Positions 37,296 through 48,883 of a DNA stretch of 64,000 nucleotides are shown one piece after another. Position 1 is the first letter of the stretch; each line of letters begins with the position of its first letter. The notes under the pieces were generated by a model. The model was not told the origin of the DNA. It saw nothing but the letters and a program-made list of their open reading frames with translations, and ran no database searches. Position numbers and translations under genes: made by a program. The stretch covers positions 248,001 to 312,000 of the IMG/VR virus record IMGVR_UViG_3300030385_002649; one strand, written 5' to 3'.

Positions 37296-37646
37296 ATGGA
37301 CGAGCACATCAAAATATTATTGTTTAAGTATCAAAGGGAACTTGAAACCTTAAACATCGCGCCCGAACGTCAAGAAGATTACTTGGGCATGCCAGGAGCC
37401 CAAGGTTTATCTGACACCACTGATGCTATGAAACACATCGCGTGGATGATCGACGAATTGATTAAAGAAGAAGCGCGTGACTGGGATGAAAACGAAGCTG
37501 ATAGATGGTTAGGTTTCATACAAGGAATTTTGTGGTTCACTAAGATGCGTGGAATTGTAGATTTACAAGATGAAACTGCTTCCTTAAGAGAACAAATCAA
37601 AACTGATTGTCCAACATTAGAAGAAAGTGCGGAGGAGGCCACGTGA
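37296..37646 (+). CDS. hypothetical phage protein
   Basis: H..WM...RWLGFIQG. Confidence 0.65.
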   Translation: MDEHIKILLFKYQRELETLNIAPERQEDYLGMPGAQGLSDTTDAMKHIAWMIDELIKEEARDWDENEADRWLGFIQGILWFTKMRGIVDLQDETASLREQIKTDCPTLEESAEEAT

Positions 37647-38107
37647 GCGACAGGAAAATGAGGAAATGCAACCAGTGCGGCGCAGCCATGGCTGTGAAAA
37701 AGGGTGGCAAGGGAAGGTTCTGGGCGTGCACGAGATATAGGGACGGCTGCGCTAACACAGCTGAGTTCCACGGGTATTCGCCAAAAGCTGGTCTAGATCT
37801 CGACATCAGATCAATCGAAAATGGTTATATCGTATTGAGCAGCTACAAATATGCCGAAGATGTTGATGATGAAGAATCAGTAGAAGTTTATTGTAAAGAC
37901 GAAGACGATTTGCGCTCAGAACTTACAAAAATGTTCGCCGAAAAAATCGACGACTTAATGAGTCGATTGTCTCTATCTGGCGATTACTTTGTAGAAGAGC
38001 CCGACGATACACCGATTAAAGTTCAAAAACAGAAAGCGTCTACTGATATTAGAGACTTGATGAAAAAAGTCAACAAAGGTCGGCGGCAAGTTAAAGACGA
38101 AGACTAG
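37643..38107 (+). CDS. protein with a topoisomerase I-type C4 Zn ribbon
   Basis: [20 protein letters not shown]; GGAGG RBS before GTG. Confidence 0.7.
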   Translation: MSDRKMRKCNQCGAAMAVKKGGKGRFWACTRYRDGCANTAEFHGYSPKAGLDLDIRSIENGYIVLSSYKYAEDVDDEESVEVYCKDEDDLRSELTKMFAEKIDDLMSRLSLSGDYFVEEPDDTPIKVQKQKASTDIRDLMKKVNKGRRQVKDED

Positions 38108-39693
38108 TCGATGCTTAGGTATGTCACGAAAATTGCGTCGAACTCATCAAGTTCAGGGGCCGTACCACTCGATACTAGAATTGTAATGGCTTTATCATCG
38201 GTTCCGCTTAGGACGTAATCTAGACCGGCACCTTGAGTGTGATACAACCTGTTGATATAAAGGACGACTGACGACGTGTCTGGTATAAACGAAAGGCCAT
38301 TAGCTAACGTTTGGTCGCCTCCGGTTGTGGTGATTGGAAGTTCAGTGGCGTCGAGGGGAATGATCTCCTGTCTGGGCGTCAAACCGACTGTGTTTCCGTC
38401 GATACCTGCTGGTCCAGTTCCGCCAGTAACTCCGTCGGCACCTGTAGGGCCTGTGGTCCCATCGCCGCCTGTTGGTCCAGTCGCGCCAGTCGATCCGTTT
38501 GTAGCTCCAGTTGGGCCAGTAATACCGGTTGGACCGGTGACTCCAATGGAGCCAGTAGCCCCGATAGTAGCAACAGCCTCTTCTGCATAAGCAACAACCA
38601 ATTCGTCCTCAATGAACATCGGGACGGCTGTTCCGGTCACTCTCTGCCAAATTATTTGTTGGTAAGAAGCTCCAGTTAGTTGATAATCACGGCCAGGACC
38701 TTGAACTTGAAATTGCTTATTCAACCAAAGTTTGACTGTTTCTGGATTCGCTACTGGGAAGCTTAGACCGTCCGCAAGGATAACATCGCCAGCCGACATA
38801 TCAATATCTTCGGGGATTAGCTCTTCCTGGTGAGGGATGGGCGTGGTGACGCCGCTGTCTTGGCTATAGACAGCAACTAATCTACTTTCGGTTGGGTCGA
38901 TTGGAACGGCCAGGCCAGACGTTGACAGCCATCTAATCGATTGATTGTCAGTACCGGTCAACTCATAATCTTCGTTTTGTACCAAGAAGAGTTTATTAAG
39001 GTAGAGCTTAACAGCTGCAACGTTAGCAACTGGGAATGACAATTGGTTTGTCAATATTGTATCTGGATCGCCTTCGACGATTGTTTCGACGATTGGTATA
39101 ATTTCTTGTCTAGGGAGCGCTAACACTGCACCGTCCGCCCCGGCCACCCCAGTTGGGCCCTGCAGACCACCACCTTTGGTGCCAAAATAACGATAGACAG
39201 TTAACTTCAGAGGTGTCGAAAGACCAAGATCGTCAGGCGTAAAGCTTTCGTCGAATCTTACGACCCCATTTTTATAATCGAGTTGATATCTGCCAGCGGT
39301 TTGTGGGACTGGCGTGTTGTCATTTTCAAAAAGCTGGAAAGAATATCCGGCACCGAACTGCTGTGGGCTTAACCAATCGAATACTCTAGTGTTAGGATCT
39401 GGCGTGCCTGGGACCTCATAATATGAATAGCCTTGGCCATTGGACAACGGGACTTCGTCTAGCGATACTACGTCTAATTTTTCTACAACAGCGTCTGTGC
39501 CGACTGTGTTTGCGTCAGCCGCAGCTTGAGTGGCCGCCATCGGCACAGTCTCAGCCCAGATGTCCGACGCTACGACAGTTGGGAGCCAAGGAAATGCTTC
39601 TTCGAAGTAATTTCTATCAGTATTGCTAGACAAGACACCAAGTGTCACCTTATTAGCGATGTCAAGTTGTGCTTCGTCGCTTAATTTAGCCAT
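38104..39693 (-). CDS. putative virion protein with collagen GxT repeats and three repeated beta domains
   Basis: P(R/H)QE.IP...L.F....V.L..N..DY.L.G three times; [12 protein letters not shown] run. Confidence 0.65.
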   Translation of the reverse strand: MAKLSDEAQLDIANKVTLGVLSSNTDRNYFEEAFPWLPTVVASDIWAETVPMAATQAAADANTVGTDAVVEKLDVVSLDEVPLSNGQGYSYYEVPGTPDPNTRVFDWLSPQQFGAGYSFQLFENDNTPVPQTAGRYQLDYKNGVVRFDESFTPDDLGLSTPLKLTVYRYFGTKGGGLQGPTGVAGADGAVLALPRQEIIPIVETIVEGDPDTILTNQLSFPVANVAAVKLYLNKLFLVQNEDYELTGTDNQSIRWLSTSGLAVPIDPTESRLVAVYSQDSGVTTPIPHQEELIPEDIDMSAGDVILADGLSFPVANPETVKLWLNKQFQVQGPGRDYQLTGASYQQIIWQRVTGTAVPMFIEDELVVAYAEEAVATIGATGSIGVTGPTGITGPTGATNGSTGATGPTGGDGTTGPTGADGVTGGTGPAGIDGNTVGLTPRQEIIPLDATELPITTTGGDQTLANGLSFIPDTSSVVLYINRLYHTQGAGLDYVLSGTDDKAITILVSSGTAPELDEFDAIFVTYLSID

Positions 39694-39997
39694 TTAGGAC
39701 GCCCATCAGCGAGTTTTTTAACTCAGTTAGTTTACGTTTATTTAAGATATAGGACTTAGCGAAACCATCCGTTACTCTGAATGTTACAGCATATATCCCT
39801 TTAGAGCTTTCTGGCTTTTCTACTCCATAGGAAGTTCCAACCCAAAAACTATTACCTTTTTCGGCCAATACCCATGAAATATGAGTGGCAAATCCTCTAG
39901 CGTCTCCATCGTTTAAGAAATAGTGCTCTTGAATAGAGTCATCGTACGCAACTATTGCGTACGTTTCATCAGATTTTATAGCTCTTAATTTGAACAT
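39686..39997 (-). CDS. hypothetical protein
   Basis: ORF 39686..40120; likely ATG 39997. Confidence 0.55.
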   Translation of the reverse strand: MFKLRAIKSDETYAIVAYDDSIQEHYFLNDGDARGFATHISWVLAEKGNSFWVGTSYGVEKPESSKGIYAVTFRVTDGFAKSYILNKRKLTELKNSLMGVLNG

Positions 39998-40001
39998 ATC
40001 A

Positions 40002-42143
40002 TTACCAGTTGATTGATAAACCGGAACCGGTTCCAATAAGCTCAGCCACGGAAGAATTAGCGTACGTAATCTCGACAATAACTTGGAAATCTGAAGAAAC
40101 ATCTGTACCAATCGTTCCAAGACTGAATTCTAAAGAACCATTCAAGTCCGGACTATTTACACCAGGATTGATTCGGCACCCTTCATCATCCACGCCACCA
40201 ACGAGCGGAGCGCCAGATGGAAAAGTAGCTCCATTGAAAGAGACGGTGACATCGAGCCAAACAGTTCGACCAGGAACTTTAACGCGGATACCAACATCAG
40301 AAACAATGTTAGCGTCAGTTAGCCCAGGAAGTGTCAAAACCCCATTGCTTTGTGAAATAATGGATCTAAACACTCTTCTATAAACTCTATCTGTTCCCCC
40401 CAGGCTCGAATAGTCTGGATTAGGTTGAGGCTGAAAATTTGTTCCATTGGAGTGGTCAAAACTTGGCCATCTTAGTCTATTTTGTCCGGACGCTTCCTCA
40501 AAGTCATAGACTTGCAATTCGCCAGTTCTAGATCCGTCTAGCAACGATGTCGCTGAGTTCCACAAAAGAGGGGCGCCAGGCATGCCAGCGATTAGAACAT
40601 CGAAATTTGTCGAAGAAGGTAGTCTGTATCTCTCGTCGGTGAAATCGTCAAAGACATCGGTGCTGTTGGGGCCATCGCTCATGATCGCAAAATTCTTACT
40701 AGTTGATACCGCAGGAGTATAAGAACCATAAGGGTCGCGTGGAGTGATAATAGCTTGAGCATCATTGTCCTGCACGCCAGCAGCGGTGGTTAAACCAAAG
40801 GAAGTTACAGCCATTATTTCGCCGATATCCGGAGGAGTTGAGACTCCTCCGACCGAACCATCTGTATAAGGAATTGTCGTAGAACCAGCCCAACCAGAAG
40901 ACAACTCTAACGGAGCGTCGGACTGGTGGTAAGCATTGTCGAATCCCCGAACAAGAGTAACGTCTAGGTCGAATGTCGAGCCAGTGTCATAATAAGAGAT
41001 ACCGCTTAACTCTTTCAGAACGGGAGTATCTTCCGTAAGATCGGTTGCAGTAACTGCAGGATCTGTAGCGCCCGCAGGATCTATGTCGTAGAACCAGTTT
41101 AATGTACTTGTTGTATTGGTCCCAGACCCAGTTTCGTGACGCAGAACTGCAGAGTTGTGCCCTTGTCTTAGGTCGGCAGCTACTAGTCCGATCTGCGTCG
41201 TTCCCTGTTGGAAAGCGTCTGTCGTAATACTAGTTGGAGCTACAGTTAGAAGCGTTAGAGTGCTGCCGACACCGAATGAAACCACTCCTCCCGCTACTAC
41301 ACTGCCTGTTCCTTGTACGTTGTAAGTGCCAGGAATGTTCTGCCCAGCATCTCTACTACCTTCTAGGAAGTTAGCACCAAGATCAATGTTAGCTACGTCA
41401 ACTCCGTTTACGGCCAAAATGAGATTGCCAAGGCTGGCGAATCCAAATTGGCCGACAGCATGAGCTAAAGTCACAGCACCCGTTTGTGTTATCGAAGCGT
41501 AAGTGTCTCCAGCGCTAGTTGCCGGAGGATAATTGATATTAGATTGTGACATTTTTCCTGTCACAAGCCCAACTAGACCTGTTAACGCACCACTCAACAC
41601 AACAGGAGGAGTTCCGCCACCGATATAGGCCACACCATCTGCGACTTCCGTGACATAGTGGTCAGCACCTTGAGCTGTCTGTGTAATGAAACGGATTTCA
41701 GTGATTGGGGTCGCCGAATTTACTTCTTCGGGTGATCCGGGAAGTCCGGAAGCGATTGTCAATCCTCGATCTTCGTTTTGCCAGGTTCCGGAGGCTCCTT
41801 TATAAACAAGGGTTTGGCCGTCGGCTGGGAGGTTGATCACAACGTCTTCTAAGCCGTTCAGATCTACCGGAAGGGCTATTGTTTCCCAGCCTGGATCTGT
41901 ATAAATTAAGACGTCTCCAACAGTAGGAGAAGACGCGTCTACATCTGAGATATCGTCAAGTTCAAAATTTGTTTCGATAGTCCCAAGACGTTCAGTGATG
42001 GAACCCTCTGCAAAATCATAATTTCCAAGTGCATCAGTCACACATTCTAACTGAATTTCTTGTTTGTTATGATCGGCATTTGGGATTACTTCCCCATTAG
42101 CCCTAATGATCTTAACGTATGGATATTGATAATTAGAAGCCAT
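40002..42143 (-). CDS. putative tail fibre/virion protein
   Basis: L.D..DV....P..G..L.Y....W fibre repeats; T/G-rich. Confidence 0.65.
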   Translation of the reverse strand: MASNYQYPYVKIIRANGEVIPNADHNKQEIQLECVTDALGNYDFAEGSITERLGTIETNFELDDISDVDASSPTVGDVLIYTDPGWETIALPVDLNGLEDVVINLPADGQTLVYKGASGTWQNEDRGLTIASGLPGSPEEVNSATPITEIRFITQTAQGADHYVTEVADGVAYIGGGTPPVVLSGALTGLVGLVTGKMSQSNINYPPATSAGDTYASITQTGAVTLAHAVGQFGFASLGNLILAVNGVDVANIDLGANFLEGSRDAGQNIPGTYNVQGTGSVVAGGVVSFGVGSTLTLLTVAPTSITTDAFQQGTTQIGLVAADLRQGHNSAVLRHETGSGTNTTSTLNWFYDIDPAGATDPAVTATDLTEDTPVLKELSGISYYDTGSTFDLDVTLVRGFDNAYHQSDAPLELSSGWAGSTTIPYTDGSVGGVSTPPDIGEIMAVTSFGLTTAAGVQDNDAQAIITPRDPYGSYTPAVSTSKNFAIMSDGPNSTDVFDDFTDERYRLPSSTNFDVLIAGMPGAPLLWNSATSLLDGSRTGELQVYDFEEASGQNRLRWPSFDHSNGTNFQPQPNPDYSSLGGTDRVYRRVFRSIISQSNGVLTLPGLTDANIVSDVGIRVKVPGRTVWLDVTVSFNGATFPSGAPLVGGVDDEGCRINPGVNSPDLNGSLEFSLGTIGTDVSSDFQVIVEITYANSSVAELIGTGSGLSINW

Positions 42144-42163
42144 ACTGTACCGCCACAGTATTT

Positions 42164-42296
42164 TTAATTTTCGTTCTCGTCAGCCTCAATTAGGTCTTCT
42201 ATGAGTTCTTCTCGGATTGACGAGTTTTCTTTAAATGCTAAAGGCACAGTATTCTGAGCTGGTTCTGCAGCGGTTTTAAAGTCACCAATACCTACT

Positions 42297-42316
<20 letters not shown>
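42164..42316 (-). CDS. small acidic protein (50 aa)
   Basis: translated by hand (MDPLRPEVG...ELIEDLIEADENEN); GGAGG RBS. Confidence 0.5.
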
Positions 42317-43060
<744 letters not shown>

Positions 43061-43064
<4 letters not shown>

Positions 43065-43495
43065 CCCAAAGACCTATACCTATTAGTTAGATAACCGACC
43101 ATCGCGTCGACAAGTGGAGCAACTTCATCGCTAAGGCTCAATAGATGAGCGTTCTTCTTAGAAAATCGTCTACCGTGTTGATTAGGTTCAAAAACCCAAG
43201 ATTGCGATTTGACATCTGGCCTACAGGAAAGATTGGCAGACTTATATCTAGTAGAGCACTTGCCATTAGCGAAATCGACGCCAACCTTAGGCAACCTCTT
43301 TCGAAGAGCGGCTCCTAGGGCGAAGTTATAATCTTCTAGAGCCCTATACAATTCTCCATCGAGTTGTTCGATCTTCTCTCTAGCATCTTGAATGTCGCGC
43401 TGGATGTTTAGAACTACGTCCAACTTACTTCTAACTTCTGATCCATCTGGAAGAGACTCAAGTTCTTCGTTCAATACCTTTTCAAACTTTTTCAT
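43061..43495 (-). CDS. hypothetical protein, possibly head-associated
   Basis: MKKFEKVLNEE N-terminus. Confidence 0.6.
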
Positions 43496-44834
43496 TACGT
43501 CCCAGGCTTTTCTTATTTTTGTGCCACTTCTTCAACGCGCAAGAATGGCATAAATATTTACCATGTTTAGCCACCGCCTTGGCGAAATTTTTAGGTTTTA
43601 AACACCTAATGTTTCCACATTGACAAACAGCATCTACAAGATCAACTTTTGCGACATCAACATTGTTTGATCTTTTAATCCAAAAAATGAATTTGTTTTT
43701 TGGAACAGTGTTAACTCGCCGAAAATTATTAAGCTTAGTATATTCCTTTTCGGTAAGTTTCATTTTTGAAGCATGATCCCACATTGTCTTTTTATGATAA
43801 ATGTTTCCTCTGTCATCTTCATAATAATACGAGGGCCTAGTAGACCCATCTTCAATCCAATTTGACGCTTTATAAACCGTACCAGTATGCCCGAAATGTG
43901 GATCTGAAAAAGAAATTAGTAGACATATGTCTGGATCTTTTTTGATGAGCTTTATAGATCTAGATAGCGAAAAGCTAATCAAATTATGTTTCTGATATCT
44001 AGGATCCACAATCAATCGCACTAATTCAAGGACTTGTTTGTTTTGCAGATTGTGCCTCTTGCACACTGTATTATAGCTAGGGTTTGCAAAAATTGTGACA
44101 CCTATCAAAATATCCTTAAGAAAAATGCCATAAGTTTTTCTTGTATTCTTTCTAAACCGTGGGAGGTAATGATATTTAGACATGAACGAAATAGCTTCAT
44201 GCTGTTCAATAGCAGTAACTCTTACGTCCGTAAAATTGAAGTCTATCAATTTTACGTCTTTTTGTGTGATGTCTTTTAAAATCTCTTTAAGCTTATTGAT
44301 GCTTAATGTGTCCCGTTCATTGATATAGACAATTTTCAAATCGGCATGTTTTTTAAGATAATCTGACTTTGCGAGATCATTTCTGATATTGTTAGGAAGA
44401 GAATGCCAATACTCCCCTTGGACTTCTAACAATATATTAAAATTTATAAGATGAAAATCGAATGAGTAAAATCCGATCTCGCATTGTTTTTGATAACTTA
44501 TGTCTAACAATTTTAAGACGTTTTCTACTGCGAGTTCTGGCTTAGTATCGCAAGTTTTCCCTGCGCATGGCGGTCTGGATCCCGCTTTTCTTTCAGCTGC
44601 CAATTTTAAAGCTTGCGCTCTCGCCTTGCTTTTATGAAGATCAGAAGAAAAATACTCGTCTCTTTTTTCTTTTGCTTCTTTAGAACGCAACCCAGTAGTC
44701 ATTTTGTTTATTGATTTGCGGTAAGACGAACTTTTAGAATCCCATGCTTTTTTCATTGCAGACGAATGCCTACACCATCTACAATTTAAATCTGATCCTT
44801 TTAGATGGCCATTAGCGCAAGTTTTGTTAGACAT
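43482..44834 (-). CDS. fusion of a Vsr/DUF559-like endonuclease and a Mom-like GNAT DNA-modification domain
   Basis: E....L...Y..Q...FYSFDF...LEVQGEYWH...D..K; then YHYL, ELVRL, LISFSDP..GHTGTVYKASNW; AT-rich. Confidence 0.8.
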   Translation of the reverse strand: MSNKTCANGHLKGSDLNCRWCRHSSAMKKAWDSKSSSYRKSINKMTTGLRSKEAKEKRDEYFSSDLHKSKARAQALKLAAERKAGSRPPCAGKTCDTKPELAVENVLKLLDISYQKQCEIGFYSFDFHLINFNILLEVQGEYWHSLPNNIRNDLAKSDYLKKHADLKIVYINERDTLSINKLKEILKDITQKDVKLIDFNFTDVRVTAIEQHEAISFMSKYHYLPRFRKNTRKTYGIFLKDILIGVTIFANPSYNTVCKRHNLQNKQVLELVRLIVDPRYQKHNLISFSLSRSIKLIKKDPDICLLISFSDPHFGHTGTVYKASNWIEDGSTRPSYYYEDDRGNIYHKKTMWDHASKMKLTEKEYTKLNNFRRVNTVPKNKFIFWIKRSNNVDVAKVDLVDAVCQCGNIRCLKPKNFAKAVAKHGKYLCHSCALKKWHKNKKSLGRNEKV

Positions 44835-44851
44835 CAGTATTAAATACTGAT
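44833..44851. promoter_or_regulatory. inverted repeat over the promoter motif and start codon
   Basis: ATCAGTATT-A-AATACTGAT. Confidence 0.5.
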
Positions 44852-47721
44852 CACGATTCTGTCGAGTCGCTGGTTAGTTCCAACTGTCCGTGCGTGAATT
44901 CATTGAATGAAGTGAGTTGATCGCGGATTTCGACTTCTCGAATAATAGCACCAGGCCACAATCTGAAACCAACTTTTCCAACTTCTTGGAGAGCGGCGAC
45001 TGGGAAGTAAGGAGTGCTCACAACGACTGGGACTTCAAGAGAGGCGGAGGCAGAAGGATCAGGGTTCACAAGAAGACCATTCCACCATACCCACATCTGC
45101 CCGTCGCGGTACATGATTTCGAGTTCGTTCCATTTCTCCTCGTCACCATCAACTGGCGCTGGGAGTGATCCACCTTCGTAGACCTTAAAACCGCTTGGCT
45201 CTGATGGCAATTCTTCTGTTCCGAAAACTATAAACCCGTCTTGAGTAAGAACTCGGCTTGTTGAAAACTGTCCAGGGCGGAAGTCGCGGACGAAATCATC
45301 AGAAAAATCGTCTTCAACGTTCAAACGATAAGCTTCATTCATGTCGAGAACACCAGCTCTAACTTGCAGCTGGACCGACTCAGCGTCAGTGTTGTCATTG
45401 ATCGAGAACTCTAATCTTAGAGCTGTAGCGCTGCAGTCTTGTCTTAAAAGCTCGACAACTGTCGTTCTATCTGGGACTGGAGTGCCCAAAGCTTCCTCAA
45501 TTTCAGTAATGTTAACCGCATCTTCGCCAGCAAGATCTGTCGCTCCGGTTCCTTCAATGTCAGGAATGGCATCGATGTCGAATGGGAACTTATCCAAGAA
45601 TCCGACAAGCATTACGCCATCGTCGTCCGAAGCTGGGAAGGCTGTTTTAAATTGCCAACTCCATGTGGTGTTTCTCCAGATACCCGTCAGAGATCTGACA
45701 GTTCCACTAGGAGGAAGGTCATGCCAGTTCACACCCTTAACAACAATATATTCGTTGCCTTGGAAAGGACCTGTTGCGACAGTGCCTCGTCTAACAACCT
45801 TCATATAACGGTCATCATAGCTGTCGATTGGACCTCTAAGAATGACGTCGATTGGTGGGAAACGGCTGTTATCTGGTCGACCAACTAAAGCCTTAACATA
45901 GACGTTTTTGTGATCACCTCTATGCCAGAGCCACACTGGACGTTCTTGATCCGATTGAGGAGGTGTTTCTGAGACTCTTAGCCCTGGGATGTTAGGATCG
46001 ATATCTGCAACGTATTGATTGTTGATCGCTACGCCGGACGGGTCGCCCGTCGAAGAGTTCACGAAAATATCGAAAGTATCTCCAGCCTGTACGAGGCTGG
46101 CTTGGTCGTCAGGATCAAAGAGAGTGATCCGGGAGGCCGTGTTCTCTACTATAGTAAATTCAACGTTCTGCAGATTTCCAGACGTGAAAGTAACCATTCT
46201 GTCAGCTAACTCATTGGTTGCGAACTGACCCGACGCGTTAAGTGCGCCTTGGGCTATAATGACAAAATTCGGAGTTGGGTCGTCTACGACATCGTCAGGC
46301 TCTACAGAATCAACTGTGTCTTGCCTGATAACTTGGCCCTCTTCAGTAGAAGCTGTAACTTCACCGTCGTCAGACAGAAGGAATGGGTCTTCAAAAACCG
46401 TCATCCCCCATTGTGATTTTTCAAAGAGTCTAACGTCAGAGAGGTTCCTGTCGATAGAAGTGATTTCAGTAGGAGCTACACCAGGAAGTTCACCTCTGCA
46501 TTCGATCGTCTCTCCGAAACGAACGCAAGCTGATTTACTCCACAGAGTTCCTGGATTCAGCTTTGGAGGTCTGCTAAAGAATCTCTGTACGAGACGTTGA
46601 CCGTTAACCACGCCGATTTGAAATTCCCAAATTTGAACTAGCGTTCCGACTGGCAAGATGTCACAAGTGGCGTCTCGTACTAGTTCTCTAGGAGCGAACA
46701 AGTCAGTTGGAGAGTTCTCAGGGTTGTTATATTGCCAAACATTGGTGGCCGTGAAACCATCGCCCTTAGGCTGAGCGGTATTGATGGACCAAAAGCGACA
46801 GGTATATTGGTTCGTCGATAAGATCGTTGAGGAGAACCCAGTAACGACAGCCATCTGTCTAGTTAAAGTGTGTCCCTTATAAAGAATTGACCCCAAAAGG
46901 TCTGGATCGCTTTGGACATCTAGGTCGAATCTGATTTGGTTGCCGTCATCGTCGAGACCCATAAACCAGACTGATTGTGGGACGCCCGTCGATCCCGGTG
47001 TGAACGCCCAGCCTACGTTAGTTGTAGAATTGGAGTTTCTGGCCAAGATCAATTCGAACTTAGCCCTGTTTGGGTTGGGGGTGTTGAATCTTTGGAATAG
47101 AAGGGCTGGAAAATTACCCTTCATATTGAGAGTTGGGCCAGGGTTCGATGGGTTTAGGATCGTACTTTCTGGGAATTGGTAGATCTTAAGTTCGCCGTAT
47201 ACGTTTACGTCTGGCATCTTACCAGCGCAGGATGGCGGCCTAACAGCCGCTACATCCGATTCGTCTTGGATCCAGAAGATCTGAGCGCATTCTTCACACC
47301 CACAGTTTAGTGGTAATGGAGAATCTACAGTGAACCGGATTACGTTTCCGATTCTTTCTAGGCTGATGAATTCGGTTCCAGCAGCGAGCATCACGTCGCC
47401 TTGGAGCATTCCTCCATCATCTGGGAAACCTGATCCGCTGAACCCTAGAACTCCGAGGCGAGTTTGAGTGACCGCATCCAGTTTTGCCTTATCCGATGAG
47501 GACATCAACCCTGGAGTATCTGTGGTCGCGTTTGGAATCGGATCTTCAGCGATGTGCGTCTGTCCGTGGAATGACGGGATGATAATCTCCGATTCCTTGC
47601 CGTAAAGTGTACAGGTTTCTGCATCGAATTGGTAGCCTGTTGTCAGGCCATCCGGTCCGGAGATGCGCAAAAATTGCTGGTCCACTAGCTGCGGCTTGTT
47701 TGGGACTTTATATTGTACCAC
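44851..47721 (-). CDS. large putative virion (tail/baseplate) protein
   Basis: 956 aa, acidic, with a GLMS..DK.KLD fibre motif; GGAG RBS and CAAAAATAA upstream. Confidence 0.65.
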   Translation of the reverse strand: MVQYKVPNKPQLVDQQFLRISGPDGLTTGYQFDAETCTLYGKESEIIIPSFHGQTHIAEDPIPNATTDTPGLMSSSDKAKLDAVTQTRLGVLGFSGSGFPDDGGMLQGDVMLAAGTEFISLERIGNVIRFTVDSPLPLNCGCEECAQIFWIQDESDVAAVRPPSCAGKMPDVNVYGELKIYQFPESTILNPSNPGPTLNMKGNFPALLFQRFNTPNPNRAKFELILARNSNSTTNVGWAFTPGSTGVPQSVWFMGLDDDGNQIRFDLDVQSDPDLLGSILYKGHTLTRQMAVVTGFSSTILSTNQYTCRFWSINTAQPKGDGFTATNVWQYNNPENSPTDLFAPRELVRDATCDILPVGTLVQIWEFQIGVVNGQRLVQRFFSRPPKLNPGTLWSKSACVRFGETIECRGELPGVAPTEITSIDRNLSDVRLFEKSQWGMTVFEDPFLLSDDGEVTASTEEGQVIRQDTVDSVEPDDVVDDPTPNFVIIAQGALNASGQFATNELADRMVTFTSGNLQNVEFTIVENTASRITLFDPDDQASLVQAGDTFDIFVNSSTGDPSGVAINNQYVADIDPNIPGLRVSETPPQSDQERPVWLWHRGDHKNVYVKALVGRPDNSRFPPIDVILRGPIDSYDDRYMKVVRRGTVATGPFQGNEYIVVKGVNWHDLPPSGTVRSLTGIWRNTTWSWQFKTAFPASDDDGVMLVGFLDKFPFDIDAIPDIEGTGATDLAGEDAVNITEIEEALGTPVPDRTTVVELLRQDCSATALRLEFSINDNTDAESVQLQVRAGVLDMNEAYRLNVEDDFSDDFVRDFRPGQFSTSRVLTQDGFIVFGTEELPSEPSGFKVYEGGSLPAPVDGDEEKWNELEIMYRDGQMWVWWNGLLVNPDPSASASLEVPVVVSTPYFPVAALQEVGKVGFRLWPGAIIREVEIRDQLTSFNEFTHGQLELTSDSTES

Positions 47722-47869
47722 GCCTAACTCCTAGGGTCATTATGATTCTATTTATTTTTGCGATAATCTTCGTAAAACCCACGAAATCACATGACTGATA
47801 TTTGGGCCGTTAAAAACTCATTTTCTCAAACGTCAATTTAACATTTCGTATTTTAGATCTGGAGAAGAT

Positions 47870-48883
47870 ATGACAAGCCTAGAACAAGAAATCAAGTTGA
47901 TCTATAAAACTGAGCTTCATCAGCACGTTGATGGGTCTATCCCGGTTCAAGTAACCTGGGACCTCATGACTAAATATGGCCTAAACCCGGTCGATACTAT
48001 TGAGGAAATGAGAACACATCTTGTAGTTCAGCCTGAAGACGAAGGCGCTGGCTTGTTGGCTTACCTCCGAAAGTTTCATTACCCTTTGTGGGTTACCCAG
48101 TTCTATGATAATCTCCAAGTAGTGGCTTACGAGATCGCTAAAGAGGCTTATCATAAAGGCGTGCGCGTCTTTGAACTTCGCTATTCTCCTACCATTCATA
48201 CGCACGCCGGGTTGACTCCGAGACAAGCTATCACCTCTATCCTTCACGGGCTAAAAGATGCCGAGGACGAATTCCCAGGTCTCGTGAGTGGGTTGGTAGT
48301 AATTGCAATGAGGCATATGGGCCCTCATATCGCCAAGATTTTAGCCAGGCAATCAATTGGAGAAGGCGAAAAGTACCACAGAGGCGCTGGAGTTGTTGGG
48401 TTCGACATCGCAGGAGCCGAAAGAGGAAATCCACCAGGCTTGTTTAGAGAAGCATACGACATCGCAAAAACTGCAGGTCTCGGATGCACAGTCCACGCAG
48501 GAGAAGAGCTTGGGCCACAAGCTACATGGGACGCTATCGATGTTTTAGGGGCGACCAGAATCGGACACGCTTGCTCAGCTGCGCTAGACGAAACACTTCT
48601 TAGAAGGATGGCGGCGGATAAAATCTGCGTCGAAGTGTGCCACACTTCGAACTACCAAACTGGCGCGGTGAAAAAAGAGGAAGCGCATCCGATTAAGAGA
48701 TTCTTAGAATTCGGCGTCCCAATTGCTATCTGTACGGACAACACTACGGTCAGTAATACCGACCAAATCAAGGAAAACCTAATCATCTGCCAGGAACTTG
48801 ACCTAACTATCGACGACCTCAAGAAAATCCATGAAGACGCCAAACAATTCAGCTTTATCGGGAGAGTCCGTGATTCTCTCTAA
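47870..48883 (+). CDS. add: adenosine/adenine deaminase family protein
   Basis: ELHQHVDGS, ELRYSP, VVGFDIAG.E, TVHAGE, RIGH, EVC.TSN, TDN. Confidence 0.92.
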   Translation: MTSLEQEIKLIYKTELHQHVDGSIPVQVTWDLMTKYGLNPVDTIEEMRTHLVVQPEDEGAGLLAYLRKFHYPLWVTQFYDNLQVVAYEIAKEAYHKGVRVFELRYSPTIHTHAGLTPRQAITSILHGLKDAEDEFPGLVSGLVVIAMRHMGPHIAKILARQSIGEGEKYHRGAGVVGFDIAGAERGNPPGLFREAYDIAKTAGLGCTVHAGEELGPQATWDAIDVLGATRIGHACSAALDETLLRRMAADKICVEVCHTSNYQTGAVKKEEAHPIKRFLEFGVPIAICTDNTTVSNTDQIKENLIICQELDLTIDDLKKIHEDAKQFSFIGRVRDSL

